NCBI GenBank assembly: GCA_051294375.1 | Contig: CM119267.1 | Coordinates: forward strand, 5,941,992-6,005,991 | Origin: Paraspadella gotoi | Taxonomy: Eukaryota; Animalia; Chaetognatha | Direction of reading: 5' to 3' | DNA length: 64,000 bases | In this document: piece after piece, positions 25,200 through 38,200 of the stretch | Numbering within the stretch: position 1 is the first letter of the stretch | How the letters are laid out: each line of letters starts with the position of its first letter | The notes under the pieces: generated by a model | What the model was told of the DNA's origin: nothing | Database searches by the model: none | The model's input: the letters and a program-made list of their open reading frames with translations, nothing else | Program-made: the position numbers and the translations under genes

Positions 25200-28100
25200 C
25201 TAAGTCCTCGTCGTAGGCACTGGTGCCCTGCGAGCATTCTGAGCCCTCCGCGGCGGCTTCACAGTGCTCAGAAATTTTCCGCCATTGTAGATCCAGTCGC
25301 ACCTGTCATCCACCATTGTTCGCCAGACAACTCTCATGTGAGTGATTCCTCCTTGATCAAACGTATGGGTCACGCTCCCACGAAATCCGACAAGGAAACG
25401 GGAGAAACATTGCTTTTCGTTAGTATACCTGAAAAGACGAAGAGTAGAGGGTCAAAGAGGTAAGACCGACAACTACAAGCTATTATAAAATAAGTTAAAT
25501 TCTGCTAACTTATACGTAATCTCACCAGGTGGCAATCGTGGCATCTTATATATTGTTGAGCTTATTGTTAGTATAGCATTCTCGCATTATTCATAATATT
25601 TAGCTACAGTAAATGCAAACAGACCCGTGAGGCAAGGAGGGCTTTTCCGAGCCACCATCTCCTCCAAAGGGCCCAAAGACTCTTCCATTTCTTTCGTTGG
25701 TCCCGAAGAATCTCTTCGTCGTGAAGCCGATTCTGTCCACCATCCAACCGGCAGATAACATCACCTCGACGATATGTTCCCCGGGTTCGAGGTCTACTTC
25801 TTTACTGTCATAGATGTCGCCCTGGCCTCCGTTCCTTTCTTGACGACCGGATGAGAAAGTAACGCCTTCAAGTTAAAGCAGGGTCAAAAATATAAATCGC
25901 ATAGTAATTGGAGCAATTGGGATAACTTTATTAAACCTAATGATCTAATGACTTCTCTTCCGTCCCAAAGTCGCGTCTCAATTTGCAATTTGGTGATATA
26001 TTCGTGCTCGTTTGCGACCTTAAAGAAAGGGGAAAAAATAAAGTATTAAATAATGATTTTTTTTTTAAATTCCAACAATATTACCATCAAAAAAGACGAA
26101 GACGAACGACCAGCTTCATTGTTACTTGCGACTGGGAGACTTTCCAAATCGGAGCCATAACTTTTCTTTCTTAAGGTTAACATAAAGGGAAAAACGTCCA
26201 AGCCATTTTCTAATAAAAAAATCTTGAAAGTACAGAGATCTCGCCAGACGTTACTATCAAAGCAAATTAATGAAAAAATAAATCAATAACAAATTATTAA
26301 TATGATAGTAATTGATTATTAATGCAATAATAATAAATTATTGATATTATTGATATGATGTTGTTGCTGTTGTGTTCGGAAGTCGGGCTCACCAATGAGA
26401 GACAGTAATTATTGATAAGTGTTAATGACAGAACCGTTCAATATAAGCAGTCCCTGAGCTTCGGATCAGGCTGTAACACGATGTTACAGGCGGGTTAAGC
26501 GCCCCGTCCCTCTTAACTGCCAGACGACCACCGGGCGAGAACCCCGGACCTTTGGGTTGGGAGGCGAATGACTTGCCTCCGGCACCAATGGCCGCTGATG
26601 AACGGTTGGTGGATTTTAGTCCACCATAATATGATGATAACGAATTATTAATGCGATGATAACGAATCATTAAAACGATGATACTAAATTATTTATTTAT
26701 TTACACATCCTAATACTGCAATATGCAATATCTTTTAAAATCACACGTTTCATATCGATTTAGTTATTTTTTGTTTGAATTTCCTTCTCGCCTCTTAATA
26801 CTGTATAAGGAAGGAACTTTTGATACAACCAAGAATGAGATTGAGTTCATCAATCTCATTTGCATATTGTCGTATTGACATTGACTTGACATAAATTCTG
26901 TTCTTGTATCATTTCATGTTCTCATTTCACGAATTCACTTTTGTATGGTGGACTAAAATCCACCAACCGTTCATCAGCGGCCATTGGTGGGAGGCAAGTC
27001 ATTCGCCTCCCAACCCAAAGGTCCGGGGTTCTCGCCCGGTGGTCGTCTGGCAGTTAAGAGGGACGGGGCGCTTAACCCGCCTGTAACATCGTGTTACAGC
27101 CTGATCCGAAGCTCAGGGACTGCTTATATTGAACGGTTCTGTCATTAACACTTATCAATAATTACTGTCTCTCATTGGTGAGCCCGACTTCCGAACACAA
27201 CACATCAATATCAATAATATCAATAATTTATTATTATTGCATTAATAATCAATTACTATCATATTAATAATTTGTTATTGATTTATTTTTTCATTAATTT
27301 GCTTTGATAGTAACGTCTGGCGAGATCTCTGTACTTTCAAGATTTTTTTTATTAGAAAATGGCTTGGACGTTTTTCCCTTTATGTTAACCTTAAGAAAGA
27401 AAAGTTATGGCTCCGATTTGGAAAGTCTCCCAGTCGCAAGTAACAATGAAGCTGGTCGTTCGTCTTCGTCTTTTTTGATGGTAATATTGTTGGAATTTAA
27501 AAAAAAAAATCATTATTTAATACTTTATTTTTTCCCCTTTCTTTAAGGTCGCAAACGAGCACGAATATATCACCAAATTGCAAATTGAGACGCGACTTTG
27601 GGACGGAAGAGAAGTCATTAGATCATTAGGTTTAATAAAGTTATCCCAATTGCTCCAATTACTATGCGATTTATATTTTTGACCCTGCTTTAACTTGAAG
27701 GCGTTACTTTCTCATCCGGTCGTCAAGAAAGGAACGGAGGCCAGGCGACATCTATGACAGTAAAGAAGTAGACCTCGAACCCGGGGAACATATCGTCGAG
27801 GTGATGTTATCTGCCGGTTGGATGGTGGACAGAATCGGCTTCACGACGAAGAGATTCTTCGGGACCAACGAAAGAAATGGAAGAGTCTTTGGGCCCTTTG
27901 GAGGAGATGGTGGCTCGGAAAAGCCCTCCTTGCCTCACGGGTCTGTTTGCATTTACTGTAGCTAAATATTATGAATAATGCGAGAATGCTATACTAACAA
28001 TAAGCTCAACAATATATAAGATGCCACGATTGCCACCTGGTGAGATTACGTATAAGTTAGCAGAATTTAACTTATTTTATAATAGCTTGTAGTTGTCGGT

Positions 28101-31100
28101 CTTACCTCTTTGACCCTCTACTCTTCGTCTTTTCAGGTATACTAACGAAAAGCAATGTTTCTCCCGTTTCCTTGTCGGATTTCGTGGGAGCGTGACCCAT
28201 ACGTTTGATCAAGGAGGAATCACTCACATGAGAGTTGTCTGGCGAACAATGGTGGATGACAGGTGCGACTGGATCTACAATGGCGGAAAATTTCTGAGCA
28301 CTGTGAAGCCGCCGCGGAGGGCTCAGAATGCTCGCAGGGCACCAGTGCCTACGACGAGGACTTAGTTTTGTTTTTATTACTTATATTTTACAGTTCGTTT
28401 TTACTTGGAATTTGTCCGGTGATTAAAAATGATTTAAATCTAACTTGTGATAAAAAATGGTTTGAATCTAATCTGTGATTAATGAATGAGTTGTGATTTA
28501 TTTTTGACATTACCGATTTTAAAATAAAGATTTTATTTGTCATTTGAAATATACAATCTCCGGTACAAATCAGGGATTAGAAAGGATAACTTTTGAAGCA
28601 TGTTAAAGATGCTTAAGTCAAATATTTAAAATTAAGTTTATAAAACCTTTCCGACAAAGTGATTTTACAACTTGAATCTCTTCGACCCGGTTCGATTCGT
28701 GATCGAACCCAAAACTGCGTTTTCCGACTTGGACTTTCGTCGAAAGAATCGCATTTCCTCTGCGTGATTTTCATCCGTCATCCGAACGTAACTCTGAGGC
28801 CGACAGTGACGGCGATATCCTTCGAAAAACTCTTTGTATCCTCCTTCGAGTAAATAAAGCTCAGGATATTTGAGGCGCGGATAGGAGTCAACGTTGGCGG
28901 CTCTGTCGACCTTACGTAGAAATCGCATCAAGCGCGGCCCGCGTTCTGCCGAGAATTCACAGTGAAAAACCAGTATTCTTCGTCCGTCCGTTTCATCACC
29001 GGTCTCCTCCAGCATGGCGGCGACTTCGCGTTCTGTGTAGGCGTTGGCGGCGTCGCGGATGTGTCCGCCCTCGTGCTCGTAAGGATACCGTGAGTCGATA
29101 ACTCGAAATGAAGATACGTCGTCGTCGTAGAATCCGTCGAGAAGATCCGAGAGGGTGTGGCCGGAGATGGATTTGAGATCGGGGTGTCGCCCGGCAACGA
29201 CGGGCAGCGCGTATTCGAGTCCTGACCCGTCGGGTAACTGGAGATCGTTGGATTCGGCACAATCCGATTCGCCGGACGAAGAAAGACGACGAAGACTCCG
29301 CTTTTTCGGCGCTTTAACTTGGGCTTCCAACCGTGTCCTTGCCGGGAGCCAAAGATCGTTTTTGTTGTGGTCTTTTTCGCTGGTGGGCTCCCTCAGCGTC
29401 GTAAAGCAAAGGTGCGCGTATCAGCGACGCAATCGACGAAGGGGCCGGACTGCGGGGTGAGATTTTTCAAAGTCCTCCATGTCTAACAAACTGTCGTTGG
29501 AATTTTCTTCGCATCGGATGATTTTTTGGGAAATCAGGGGCGCCGAAATTGTTTCTGAGGATGTTTTTTGACGCTCCTTACGTCGTCGGCAAATGGAGCT
29601 GTCATTTGGACTTCCGAGTCCGCTGTCTCGGCAACCAAGTGTCAAAGATTCTTCGCACGCGGAGTTAAGAAGAGTGAATGATGTTGCTGGATGTCTCTGG
29701 CTGCGACACTGTTGACGTGACGTCCCGTAAATGGGACTAACGGGCACCGTCAGGTCTCCCTCCGTCTGACTTTTGTCCGCATTTAACGACGACGATCGGG
29801 GAAAAACAAAACGAGTTTCCATGGCAACCTTCGTCTCTTCCCTTCTCGAAGCGGATTTAGTGGCGGCGTTGACCCGAGCAACTTGGAGGCGAGGGCGCGA
29901 TGAAAATCTGGGAACTGGCTTGGACCCGCTGGTAAGGTGGATGGAGAAAGTACCGGTGTCGTTTCCGTCGATTCCATTAGGAGTCGGCGTCGCGGTGTCC
30001 GTGATTCGAGAGCCGGTGTTGGAGACAAAGGCGTCGCTGGCGATGACACGCCTCGCTGCGACGAAATTCCCGGAGAGTCGGACAGACTGACCCGCGCGGC
30101 CAAATCGATCAAATCATTCATGGCGTTAGATCGCTCCATAGTCGGGGAGATTGGGGGAGAATAAAGTCTGTAGTTCTCGACTTGAAATAGGCGGCGACGC
30201 TCACGAATTGTCGCCATAGATAACGATGATTTGGTGTAAGATTTTTTGGGAGGAAATGAAATAAAACGTGTGGAGTTCTAGGATTCCTTAGTACTTTTTT
30301 CCCAGATTGGAAAGTTTCTTCCGAATTGGTTGCCGTGGACGATTTTTGCGAATTTGAATGCCGCAAAGAAATTAGGATTAAAATTGGTCACTGAATGACC
30401 TAAAAAGTTTTTATGGCCAAAACTACTTTCCTTTATTTTAAGTCTTACCTTCTTCTCTTCCTTTCATGATTGCTCTTGCCTGTTCGCTCTGATATTTTTG
30501 TGACCTAATAAAGTTGTGATCCGATAACTAGTTTCCGTGACTCAATAGAAAGAAATTGACTTTGATTTTCCCATCAAATGAAGAATGATAGTTATTTTGA
30601 AAAACATGAACAATATTCGGCCGGTTACGATTTATTTACTTTAAACAATAATATAAGTAATGAGTAATAAAATTACGATTTATCGCTACGAATCTTGGTA
30701 GTGTCGCGTCTAACAAACTATACAAATTTTCTTTTGCTGTAGCNNNNNNNNNNNNNNNNNNNNNNNNNAATATGATGATAACGAATTATTAATGCGATGA
30801 TAACGAATTATTAATTGCGATAACCAATTATTGAAGCGATGATAGCAAATCATTAAAACGATGATACTAAATTATTGATTTATTTACACATCCTAATACT
30901 GCAATATGCAATATCTTTTGAAATCACACGTTTCATATCGATTTAGTTATTTTTTTGTTTGAATTTCCTTCTCGCCTCTTAATACTGCAATATACAAATT
31001 AGAATATAATATATTAAACAAAAAATACCTGAATCGATATGAATTATGTGATTTTAATAGATCTTGATGATTAGAAGCTATCTCTAAATTTTTAGCTTTT

Positions 31101-33494
31101 TACAAATTTACACTTTTATAATTTCCAATTGTAAAAAAAGCGTGATAACGACGTCACAAAGAAGCAATGGCAAACGAATAACTCGGCCAAGACGGGTCTA
31201 AGCCCGTCTGGCGAGATAAAAATTCACTGTAAAGAGATTTAAAATTGATGTTTTAGTTATATACACAGATTTCAAATGTGAGTGAAATGAAAAGATAAAT
31301 ACTGTGGCCGAATTATTAATCATAGCGACTACAAATTTTTGCACCCTGTTAAAAATATTGCTGACGTTTCTTAGTTATGTGCTTATTAATACCATGGTCG
31401 AATTACAAAAAAAAAATTTTTGCAGTTGAATAGCACCTTACTGTTATAAGGTATTATGGTGGACTAAAATCCACCAACCGTTCATCAGCGGCCATTGGTG
31501 CCGGAAGCAAGTCATTCGCCTCCCAACCCAAAAGGTCCGGGGTTCTAGCTCGGTGGTCGCCTAGCAGTTAAGAGGGACGGGGCGCTTAACCAGCTTGTAA
31601 CACGGTGTTACAGCCTGATCCGAAGCTCAGGGACTGCTTATATTGAATGGTTCTATCACTAACACAACAATTATTACTGTCTCTTCAATATATTTTTATG
31701 AAAAAAAATAAAATATTAAAAAATTTAGAATTATCTTACAAATATAGACATTAAAGTGTGGCTGATCAATCAGGGGAAAAAATCTGCAAAAAAAGCTGCT
31801 GGAAAGCAAGCGCACCACTTGTTATGATGTAGAGTATTCTCAATTTGTACAAGAACATAAACGTCAGGGAATTTTCTAACTAATGAAATGATCAAATATC
31901 AATCATATTGGGTCAATAAAGAGTGATAACAAATCTTTTCATTTCACTCCTATTTGAAAACCGTGTATATTGTATAATATATATTTTATATATATTCATA
32001 TTATATATACAAAGACATAAGTATATTTGTAAATATTTGTAAATAATTTTTACCCGATTTATCTTCTTTGAGACTAAGAACACGAATGCATCTGAAGCAA
32101 AGCACTCCTATTTCACCCTTGGACCCCAAAAGATCAAATAGTATGCCGTCTTCTTCAGTGCCCCGAAATAGTTCACATTCATTACACTTTAGGATTTCTA
32201 TTGATGAGTTTATGACAGACAGTTTAGGGTATTTCAATATTCTTGAAAGATTTGGTCGAACGCCTTAAATAAAATAAATAAAAATTAATTTTAACCCCTG
32301 GATTTTTATTAAAATTGCAGATTTGGAGAATTGTTAAGTTACGAAATTATTAAAATTTATAAATAAAGTTTGCAAATTACTTTATTATGAAAAACATACA
32401 TGTTATGTCTTTAAATTAGTTTATATTTTGTTCATTCAAAAGGATACTAAGATTCTTTCCCTTTCCGTTCAGTACCTTTTCGCAATGACGACAAAAAGTG
32501 GATGGCGTTTTCCAGTAAATTCTCGCAGATTTCCCTAAACTTTCGATTCGAATTCATGGCCAATTCGAGCTTGAACTCCGAGCTGCAGGTGAGAACCGAC
32601 CACTTGACGCAATTTCGCAGGAGCCGCTTGAGATCCGGGCCGCGTTTGGCGGAGTCGACCTCGTGGTAGTCGGCGATAAGGTCGAGCACGACTCTCTCGC
32701 GTTCGATCGGCGACGCCAACAGAAATGATCCCTTCGACCTCAGAATCAAATCGTCCGTTTCTAGAAGCGACATGAAACAAGGAGGCGAAAGACTCAGTAG
32801 ACGTTTCCTCAAATTCTCGTCATCGAGAATGGCGCCGAGATTCTCGATCGCAAATGGCGTAGTTTTTTCCTTGAGCTCAAACAAGCCGAGGTTATCGGCC
32901 AACTCCAAAAGGTCGAGCACGTTAGTTTCGTCCATATATTCAATCATATAATCCACCGATTTTTTAACGAGGCCACCGCAACCGAAAAAATTGGCCGCAA
33001 CAAGAACATCTTGAACGTTTTCAGTGGACAGACTTATCCTGCCTGTGTAGGCGAAGGAAAGAAGCAATTTGAAAGTATTTATGTCCACGTTTTGAAGAGG
33101 AATTTCGGTAGAGTCTTCCATATTGAATAAGCCTCTGAAGGAGGGGATAGGGAAAATGTATTAATAGTGATACTTTATTAGGCAAGGATCTTGTCTCGAT
33201 CACCTGAAATAATCGCTGAACGACGAAAGAATGATCCGGTGAGAGCGAATCTTTTCTCCATCAATTATGAGGGACACATCAGAATAAATTTCGGGCGTTT
33301 TTTCGAAACTCTTCATATTTTGTAACCATAAAATTGTTTTAAAAAAATATACAATCAAAATTTTTAACTTTTAAATGGACTAATTTTTAATCTCATCTCA
33401 CCTTGGCAAGGTTATCCATAAAAAACTTTGGATAATTCTCGTCGCATATTTCACGACTGGATAACTGACGAGAAAAACTTCGTTGACCTTCCAT
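25200..33494 (-). CDS. BTB-BACK protein with a putative C-terminal jacalin-like lectin domain; 3' exons lie in the left arm of the inverted repeat
   Basis: Exons at 33494-33402, ~33322-33204 (YSDVSLIIDGEKIRSHRIILSSFSDYFR), ~33135-32475 (BTB/BACK) and ~32265-32055. Further exons between ~26210 and 25200 read GEHIVEVMLSAGWMVDRIGFTT..GRVFGPFGGDGG and FLVGFRGS..ITHMRVVW. Joining across the gap is inferred. Confidence 0.65.
26390..26628 (-). mobile_element. tRNA-derived SINE-like repeat, copy 1 (mirrored at 26944-27190)
   Basis: About 230 bp shared with 31456-31680. tRNA-like head with A-box-like TGGTGCCGGAGG and B-box-like GGTTCTCGCC. Confidence 0.55.
28665..30217 (-). pseudogene. CDC25: Frameshifted inverted copy of CDC25 (pseudogene or, more likely, an unpolished assembly duplicate)
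   Basis: Same peptide split across ORFs 29783-30217, 29421-29822 and 28665-29330 by 1-nt indels, mostly in homopolymers (e.g. GAAGGGGAAG vs GAAGGGAAG). Confidence 0.75.
30744..30768. other. Assembly gap (25 N)
   Basis: Run of N characters. Confidence 1.
31456..31682 (+). mobile_element. tRNA-derived SINE-like repeat, diverged copy
   Basis: ATGGTGGACTAAAATCCACCAACCG...CAGGGACTGCTTATATTGAA is shared with the 26390-26628 copy but carries several substitutions. Confidence 0.55.
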
Positions 33495-33794
33495 TTGACA
33501 GTTTTTTTTTTAACGGATAGAAGACTAAAAATATTCTCTAAGTTATAAAGTATAACATTTATTAGGAGAATTAGCTGGATACAAGACTAAAAGTGGAATG
33601 CAATGCTACAAGTGTAGTGTAGGTGACAATTATTATTTCTATCAGAAAAGATAGGTTATTATTCCAGTTCGTCAGTACCTATATGATAAATCTTCAACTT
33701 ATTTTGTTAACAAAAATTAACAATTCCGAATCCATATCCAAATGTGGTCGAATACGATGGGCTCCATGCTCCAACTGCCAATTACAGATTTTCG

Positions 33795-34934
33795 CTAAAC
33801 TTTTAAGTGTAGATACTCAGCTACGAAAACTGAAAATATTTTGCTGAGGTTCGTTATTGTGGGATAATCTAAATTTGTCCCATCGTCGCCCTCTTTATGC
33901 CAATTATAAGGGAAGGGATAAGGTATCATATGAAGAATAGGAACTTTCAAATTGAGGAAAGGGATGTGATCATCCTCGATGTACAAAGAATTTCCGACAA
34001 CCGATTTACTTTTAAAATACTCGTTACAATTGCCGCAGTGATTCACCAATAGTCCGTTTTTCGCAAGTTTTTTTTCGATCTTCATCAGTCTTTCGAAATG
34101 TTTGGAGGTTTCGTGAAAATAGTTGGGAATTACAAGACCAGCTTCACCGATCAGATCCAGCAGCATGAGGAAGTCAAGCGAGTCCAGCCTATTTGTCGTA
34201 GAGGAAGGCATCGGGTAGGGCGTATTTAGCCAAAGATTGGCCAAGTGTTTTGCCCCGTAGATGCTGTCATCCTTCGTCCATTGTTTAAACGCCTCCTCGC
34301 CGTCAAGGAAAATGAGTTCCAAAGTGAGGTCATCCCGCAATGACTTGGCCAACAACAGTTGATGGAGATTGCTGGCAATTTCCAGCATCATGGCGCAAGG
34401 AACGGCGGAGTCCGTTGCCGCCTTAAATTGGAAACCCTTAAATTTCTTGGAATCGTAGTGGCACGCAAGGGCGAGGCGACGACGGGGAAGCGACGACGGG
34501 CGACTAGATTGAAAGGCACCGGAAGACATCGCTAGTGCAGGGAATGTAGCGATGACGTTGGTGAAGTTCTTCGGGCCGTAAGGGGTTTCCGCGGAAAACA
34601 TGTCCTTGACCACAACCCAGTCGAGTTCCTCCAAAGTATTTACAATAAACGTTTGCACTTTGGCGTGATTTTTGGTCTCGGGCACGCGGGGAATCATGAT
34701 TTCATTCACGAAGTTGCGAAGACGGTCCTCGTCAACCAGTCCGGTGACTTTTTCTTTTTGCTGACGATTGAGGGAGATGCACTTATGAGAGAGACGTTTC
34801 GATTTCCAGTCGTTATCGTCCTGATGTCCCACGGTAGGAATCGCGCCAGAAGCCGACGTCGCATGCGAGCGAATTGACGACCGCAACGACATCGTGATCG
34901 CTAGAAACAGCGGAGCACGAAACAATGGCGACAT
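33795..34934 (-). CDS. QPCT: Glutaminyl-peptide cyclotransferase (M28 family); intronless
   Basis: LALACHYDSK, ATDSAVPCAMML, IFLDGEEAF..DSIYGAKHLA, LLDLIG, IEDDHIPFL, PFPYNWH zinc/catalytic motifs. QPCT vs QPCTL not resolved. Confidence 0.92.
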   Translation of the reverse strand: MSPLFRAPLFLAITMSLRSSIRSHATSASGAIPTVGHQDDNDWKSKRLSHKCISLNRQQKEKVTGLVDEDRLRNFVNEIMIPRVPETKNHAKVQTFIVNTLEELDWVVVKDMFSAETPYGPKNFTNVIATFPALAMSSGAFQSSRPSSLPRRRLALACHYDSKKFKGFQFKAATDSAVPCAMMLEIASNLHQLLLAKSLRDDLTLELIFLDGEEAFKQWTKDDSIYGAKHLANLWLNTPYPMPSSTTNRLDSLDFLMLLDLIGEAGLVIPNYFHETSKHFERLMKIEKKLAKNGLLVNHCGNCNEYFKSKSVVGNSLYIEDDHIPFLNLKVPILHMIPYPFPYNWHKEGDDGTNLDYPTITNLSKIFSVFVAEYLHLKV

Positions 34935-35274
34935 GTTGCGAAATGCTAATATCTCGGGCTAAGATCATGAAGCTAGCGGGAGAATTAATAATCATCAGGG
35001 GCACTTTATTGAAAACCGGCGAAAAATAAATACATAAATATAAATGTAAAAATATAAGTTCATTGGTATGTGAACAGAAACTAAAAAAATTAGGCGATAA
35101 AACAAAAAAAATTTTCGCGAGAAATTTTAGTCATAAGGAGTGTACTTTAAAACGAGATATGAGATACTTTAAAAAACAAAAACGACTGCGATTTAAAAGC
35201 AACGAGCTACAAATTAAAGCCCTCGATAAAAACCAGATAAAAATGACTCCATAATCGACCTTTTATTATAAGTG

Positions 35275-38200
35275 TCATTTATCTTTATTTCTTTGGTCTC
35301 TATTCGCCACTCGATCGGAAACCTTCAGACGGAAAGCTTCTACCCTGCCACGAAACTCCGTCAGCTTGAATTTGTCGGCAATTTCCAGCGCCAACCCGCT
35401 CCACCTCTCGGCTTCCGGGAACATTCCCGCGTGGTAAGCTTGGAAACAGAGACTCAAAACTCGCGTCGCAACTCCCGAAAACTCTTCTTCGACGGCGGTG
35501 GCGTCGACTAATCGAAGGTAGTGTCCAACGACGTCGCTGACTCGTTCGGCGACGATGGTAGCTTCTTCTCTCGGGATGATCAACTGTTGAATAAGAGAGA
35601 ACCCATAGTCGAAGATTTTCCGCGAGACCGTCTGATCTTGTTGAGCGCAGCGTGAATCGAAAGGAGCAGTCGTCCGCGCCTCCACTGCCAGTACGAAGCA
35701 GTCGCAGATTACTTTGCAGTTGACTTGACGATCGGCTGGCGGATCGGCGCACACCTGGACCAGGGAATCGAAGATAAGCTGGGCCGGGACCGAGTTGATG
35801 ATGAGAACGGAGGCCTTAATATCTGCCAGAATCGACGACAATTCCGATTCTCGTTTAGATTTGGCGCAGATCTCGAATAGAGATAGGTGGCGCATAAGCT
35901 TAAATCGAGGCAAGCCGTCGGAAGCTCCTCCCATGGATTCCAATTCGATTAAGACTCGCCTCCATATCTCGCAAACACCGTAGAGAGTCTCCATAGAATC
36001 CAACATCTCGCTCTGGGAACGCTCGTTCACTCTTCCCGCGCCTCCGGGTGGACGGAGAAAGTTTTCTAGATCCCTGTACTTGTTCAGGCCCGCGTCGACC
36101 GTTCGTCCCAACATTTGGTGCTGCATGTCGAGATTGGCGATTAATTGAGTCGAGGCCTCTCCGCCATCTTCTCGAATGCGAATCTCCTTTAAAGCCAGGA
36201 ATCTGTAGACTAGAAGGAAGTGATCCGCCGACGGAATAGTCACTCCAGAAAACCCAGGACACACGCTGTTCCACGCGACGGGGACCCACCAGTCAATCTC
36301 GACAAAGAGCGATTTTCGATATCCCTCGCTGAGATCCACCCTCTGCAACTCGGTCTTTAAAAGGTCAGAGGCCAATCGCATCCACTCGAGACTGAAGGGC
36401 GAACGATCGCCGGACGAGGATCGATCCGAGGAGAAGCAACGGCGAAGAGCGAAAAGGACGGTCTGGTTGGAGAATCGCGCCCGGTTCTCCGCCGGCAAAG
36501 ACACGATCTTTTTTAACACATCGGACAGAGCGTCCCATCTTTGCAGATTCACGGCGTCGTCCAATACCATGGTGAAGACGGCGCCGAGATCTACGGTGCA
36601 GACGGCGGAATTGCACGAGGCGTTGCCGGCAGCCAGGATCCGATCGAAGGCTTCCGTCGTATCACGGGCAAGATGCATATGAACGACAAAATTCCAGTAG
36701 AGAGAAAGAAGGGAATCCGGTTGGTGCCTCAACGAAGAATCGACGTGTCGTTGCGCCGCCTCGAAATCCTTCAGCTCTACGCTGCACCTTGCCAGGTTGC
36801 GGTGCAATTTGCCCGAAACCGCTTGGAACTGCGGGTGAGCGGAGTCGAGAAATTTGAGCGACATCTCGAACCAGTCGGCCGCAACGCGAAAGGATTTCGT
36901 TTCGATGGCAACCCGCGCCATTTTCCACAGTATCCCGTGAAGCTTGGATGCGAGTCGTCGCTTCTTCTCGTCACCCAAGGAGTCGGGGAAGAGCACGGAG
37001 GCGTCCTGCTTGAGAAAATCTTTGAACGCCTCAACGCGCTGGTCCCGATCGTCGCGTGCGCTGTCCGCCTGTTCCCACTCAACGGAAATCATGTGTAGGT
37101 GGAGCAGGTGCGGCGAAGCGTCGGCACGCGCCAAATCTTTGGAACCCGTCAATGCTTGGGTCAGGGCAAATCGGGCAGCGCGACGATGGCCGAGGGTTCG
37201 CAGTTCGAAGACGACGCTCTCGGCGCCGCCCGCGTCGAGGTGACGAACGACAAGAGATATCAGAGATTCAATCTCTTCGTCGAAAGCGTCAGGCGTCGAT
37301 CGAAGCGCAAGGATGATCTTTAGTTTGAGAAAAACGCCCGATGGGTGGAAGCTGAGCAAGTTGGCTTTGTCAAGGCCGGAAATGGCCTCGGGAAACTAAA
37401 AAGGAAAAATTTGTATTGTAGATGTCTGAATTTGCGTTTATTGACTCATTTTTACGTATAAGTTTTGTGATTTTTTTTAATATAATCACAAAAGACGTAA
37501 AATAATGAAAGATTAAGAAAGAAAGAATTTTTTTGATTCCGTTTTATTTTATTTCATTAGAGAATTGACAAAGTTTTGACAAGTCGAAACATGTCTGTTC
37601 AACTATAAATAAAAATTCGTTGCAAACAAAAACTTTGTCAATTCTCTAATTAATAGTAACAACGAAAAAGAAAGGATTACTTCAATATTTTATTTCAAAA
37701 TCTTTAAACATAAGTTCAAAGTTTTTTGTGAACAGTTGTTATGAAAAAGCAAGTGAAAGAAAAAAAAGTTTAAAAAGTTGGGAAAAATTAGTTAAAAAAA
37801 AATAAATAAAAAAAATAAAAAAAGGGAAAAACGAAAAAAAAAAGGAAAGGAAGGAAAGAAAGAAAAGAATAAAATTGAGAGAAAGAAAGAAAAAAGAAAG
37901 GAAAAAAATGAAAAAGAAAAGAATAAACAATCTCAGCGATCAAGGTTTTTTTGTCGAGAAGAACAAAGTCCGATCCGTTTAAAAAAAAGGAATTGCGGAA
38001 TTTATATACTTTTGAAATTTTAACGATGATGATGAAAAATGAGAAGGAACGGAAAAAAGGGCTTAATATTATTGTATGAAATTCTTTCCTTCGTCGCGTT
38101 GTTGGAATTAGAAAAAGTTTGAATTGTTTCGAGCTACGATTTATTTTAAATAATGAAAGTGCTGATGAAAACTTGAAATCAAAGTCGAAACATGTCCTAT

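Larger units (their letters stand above)
22814..30743. repeat. Large inverted duplication: arms 22814-26628 and 26944-30743, ~315-bp spacer
   Basis: The right arm is the reverse complement of the left, and the ORF track shows mirrored ORFs. It ends exactly at the N gap. Confidence 0.95.

Noticed and set aside
25087-25302. 71-aa ORF MRLDLQW... (mirrored at 28263-28478) as a small membrane protein
   Set aside because: It is an alternative frame of the last jacalin-like exon running into AT-rich 3'UTR, and starts at GTG.
26520-26600. tRNA gene (Gly-like; also ~26976-27050 and ~31487-31560)
   Set aside because: Degenerate B box and stems, always attached to the same ~150-bp body, so it is better explained as a SINE head.
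28665-30217. Second functional CDC25 paralog
   Set aside because: Multiple frameshifting indels, essentially no substitutions, and it abuts the assembly gap.
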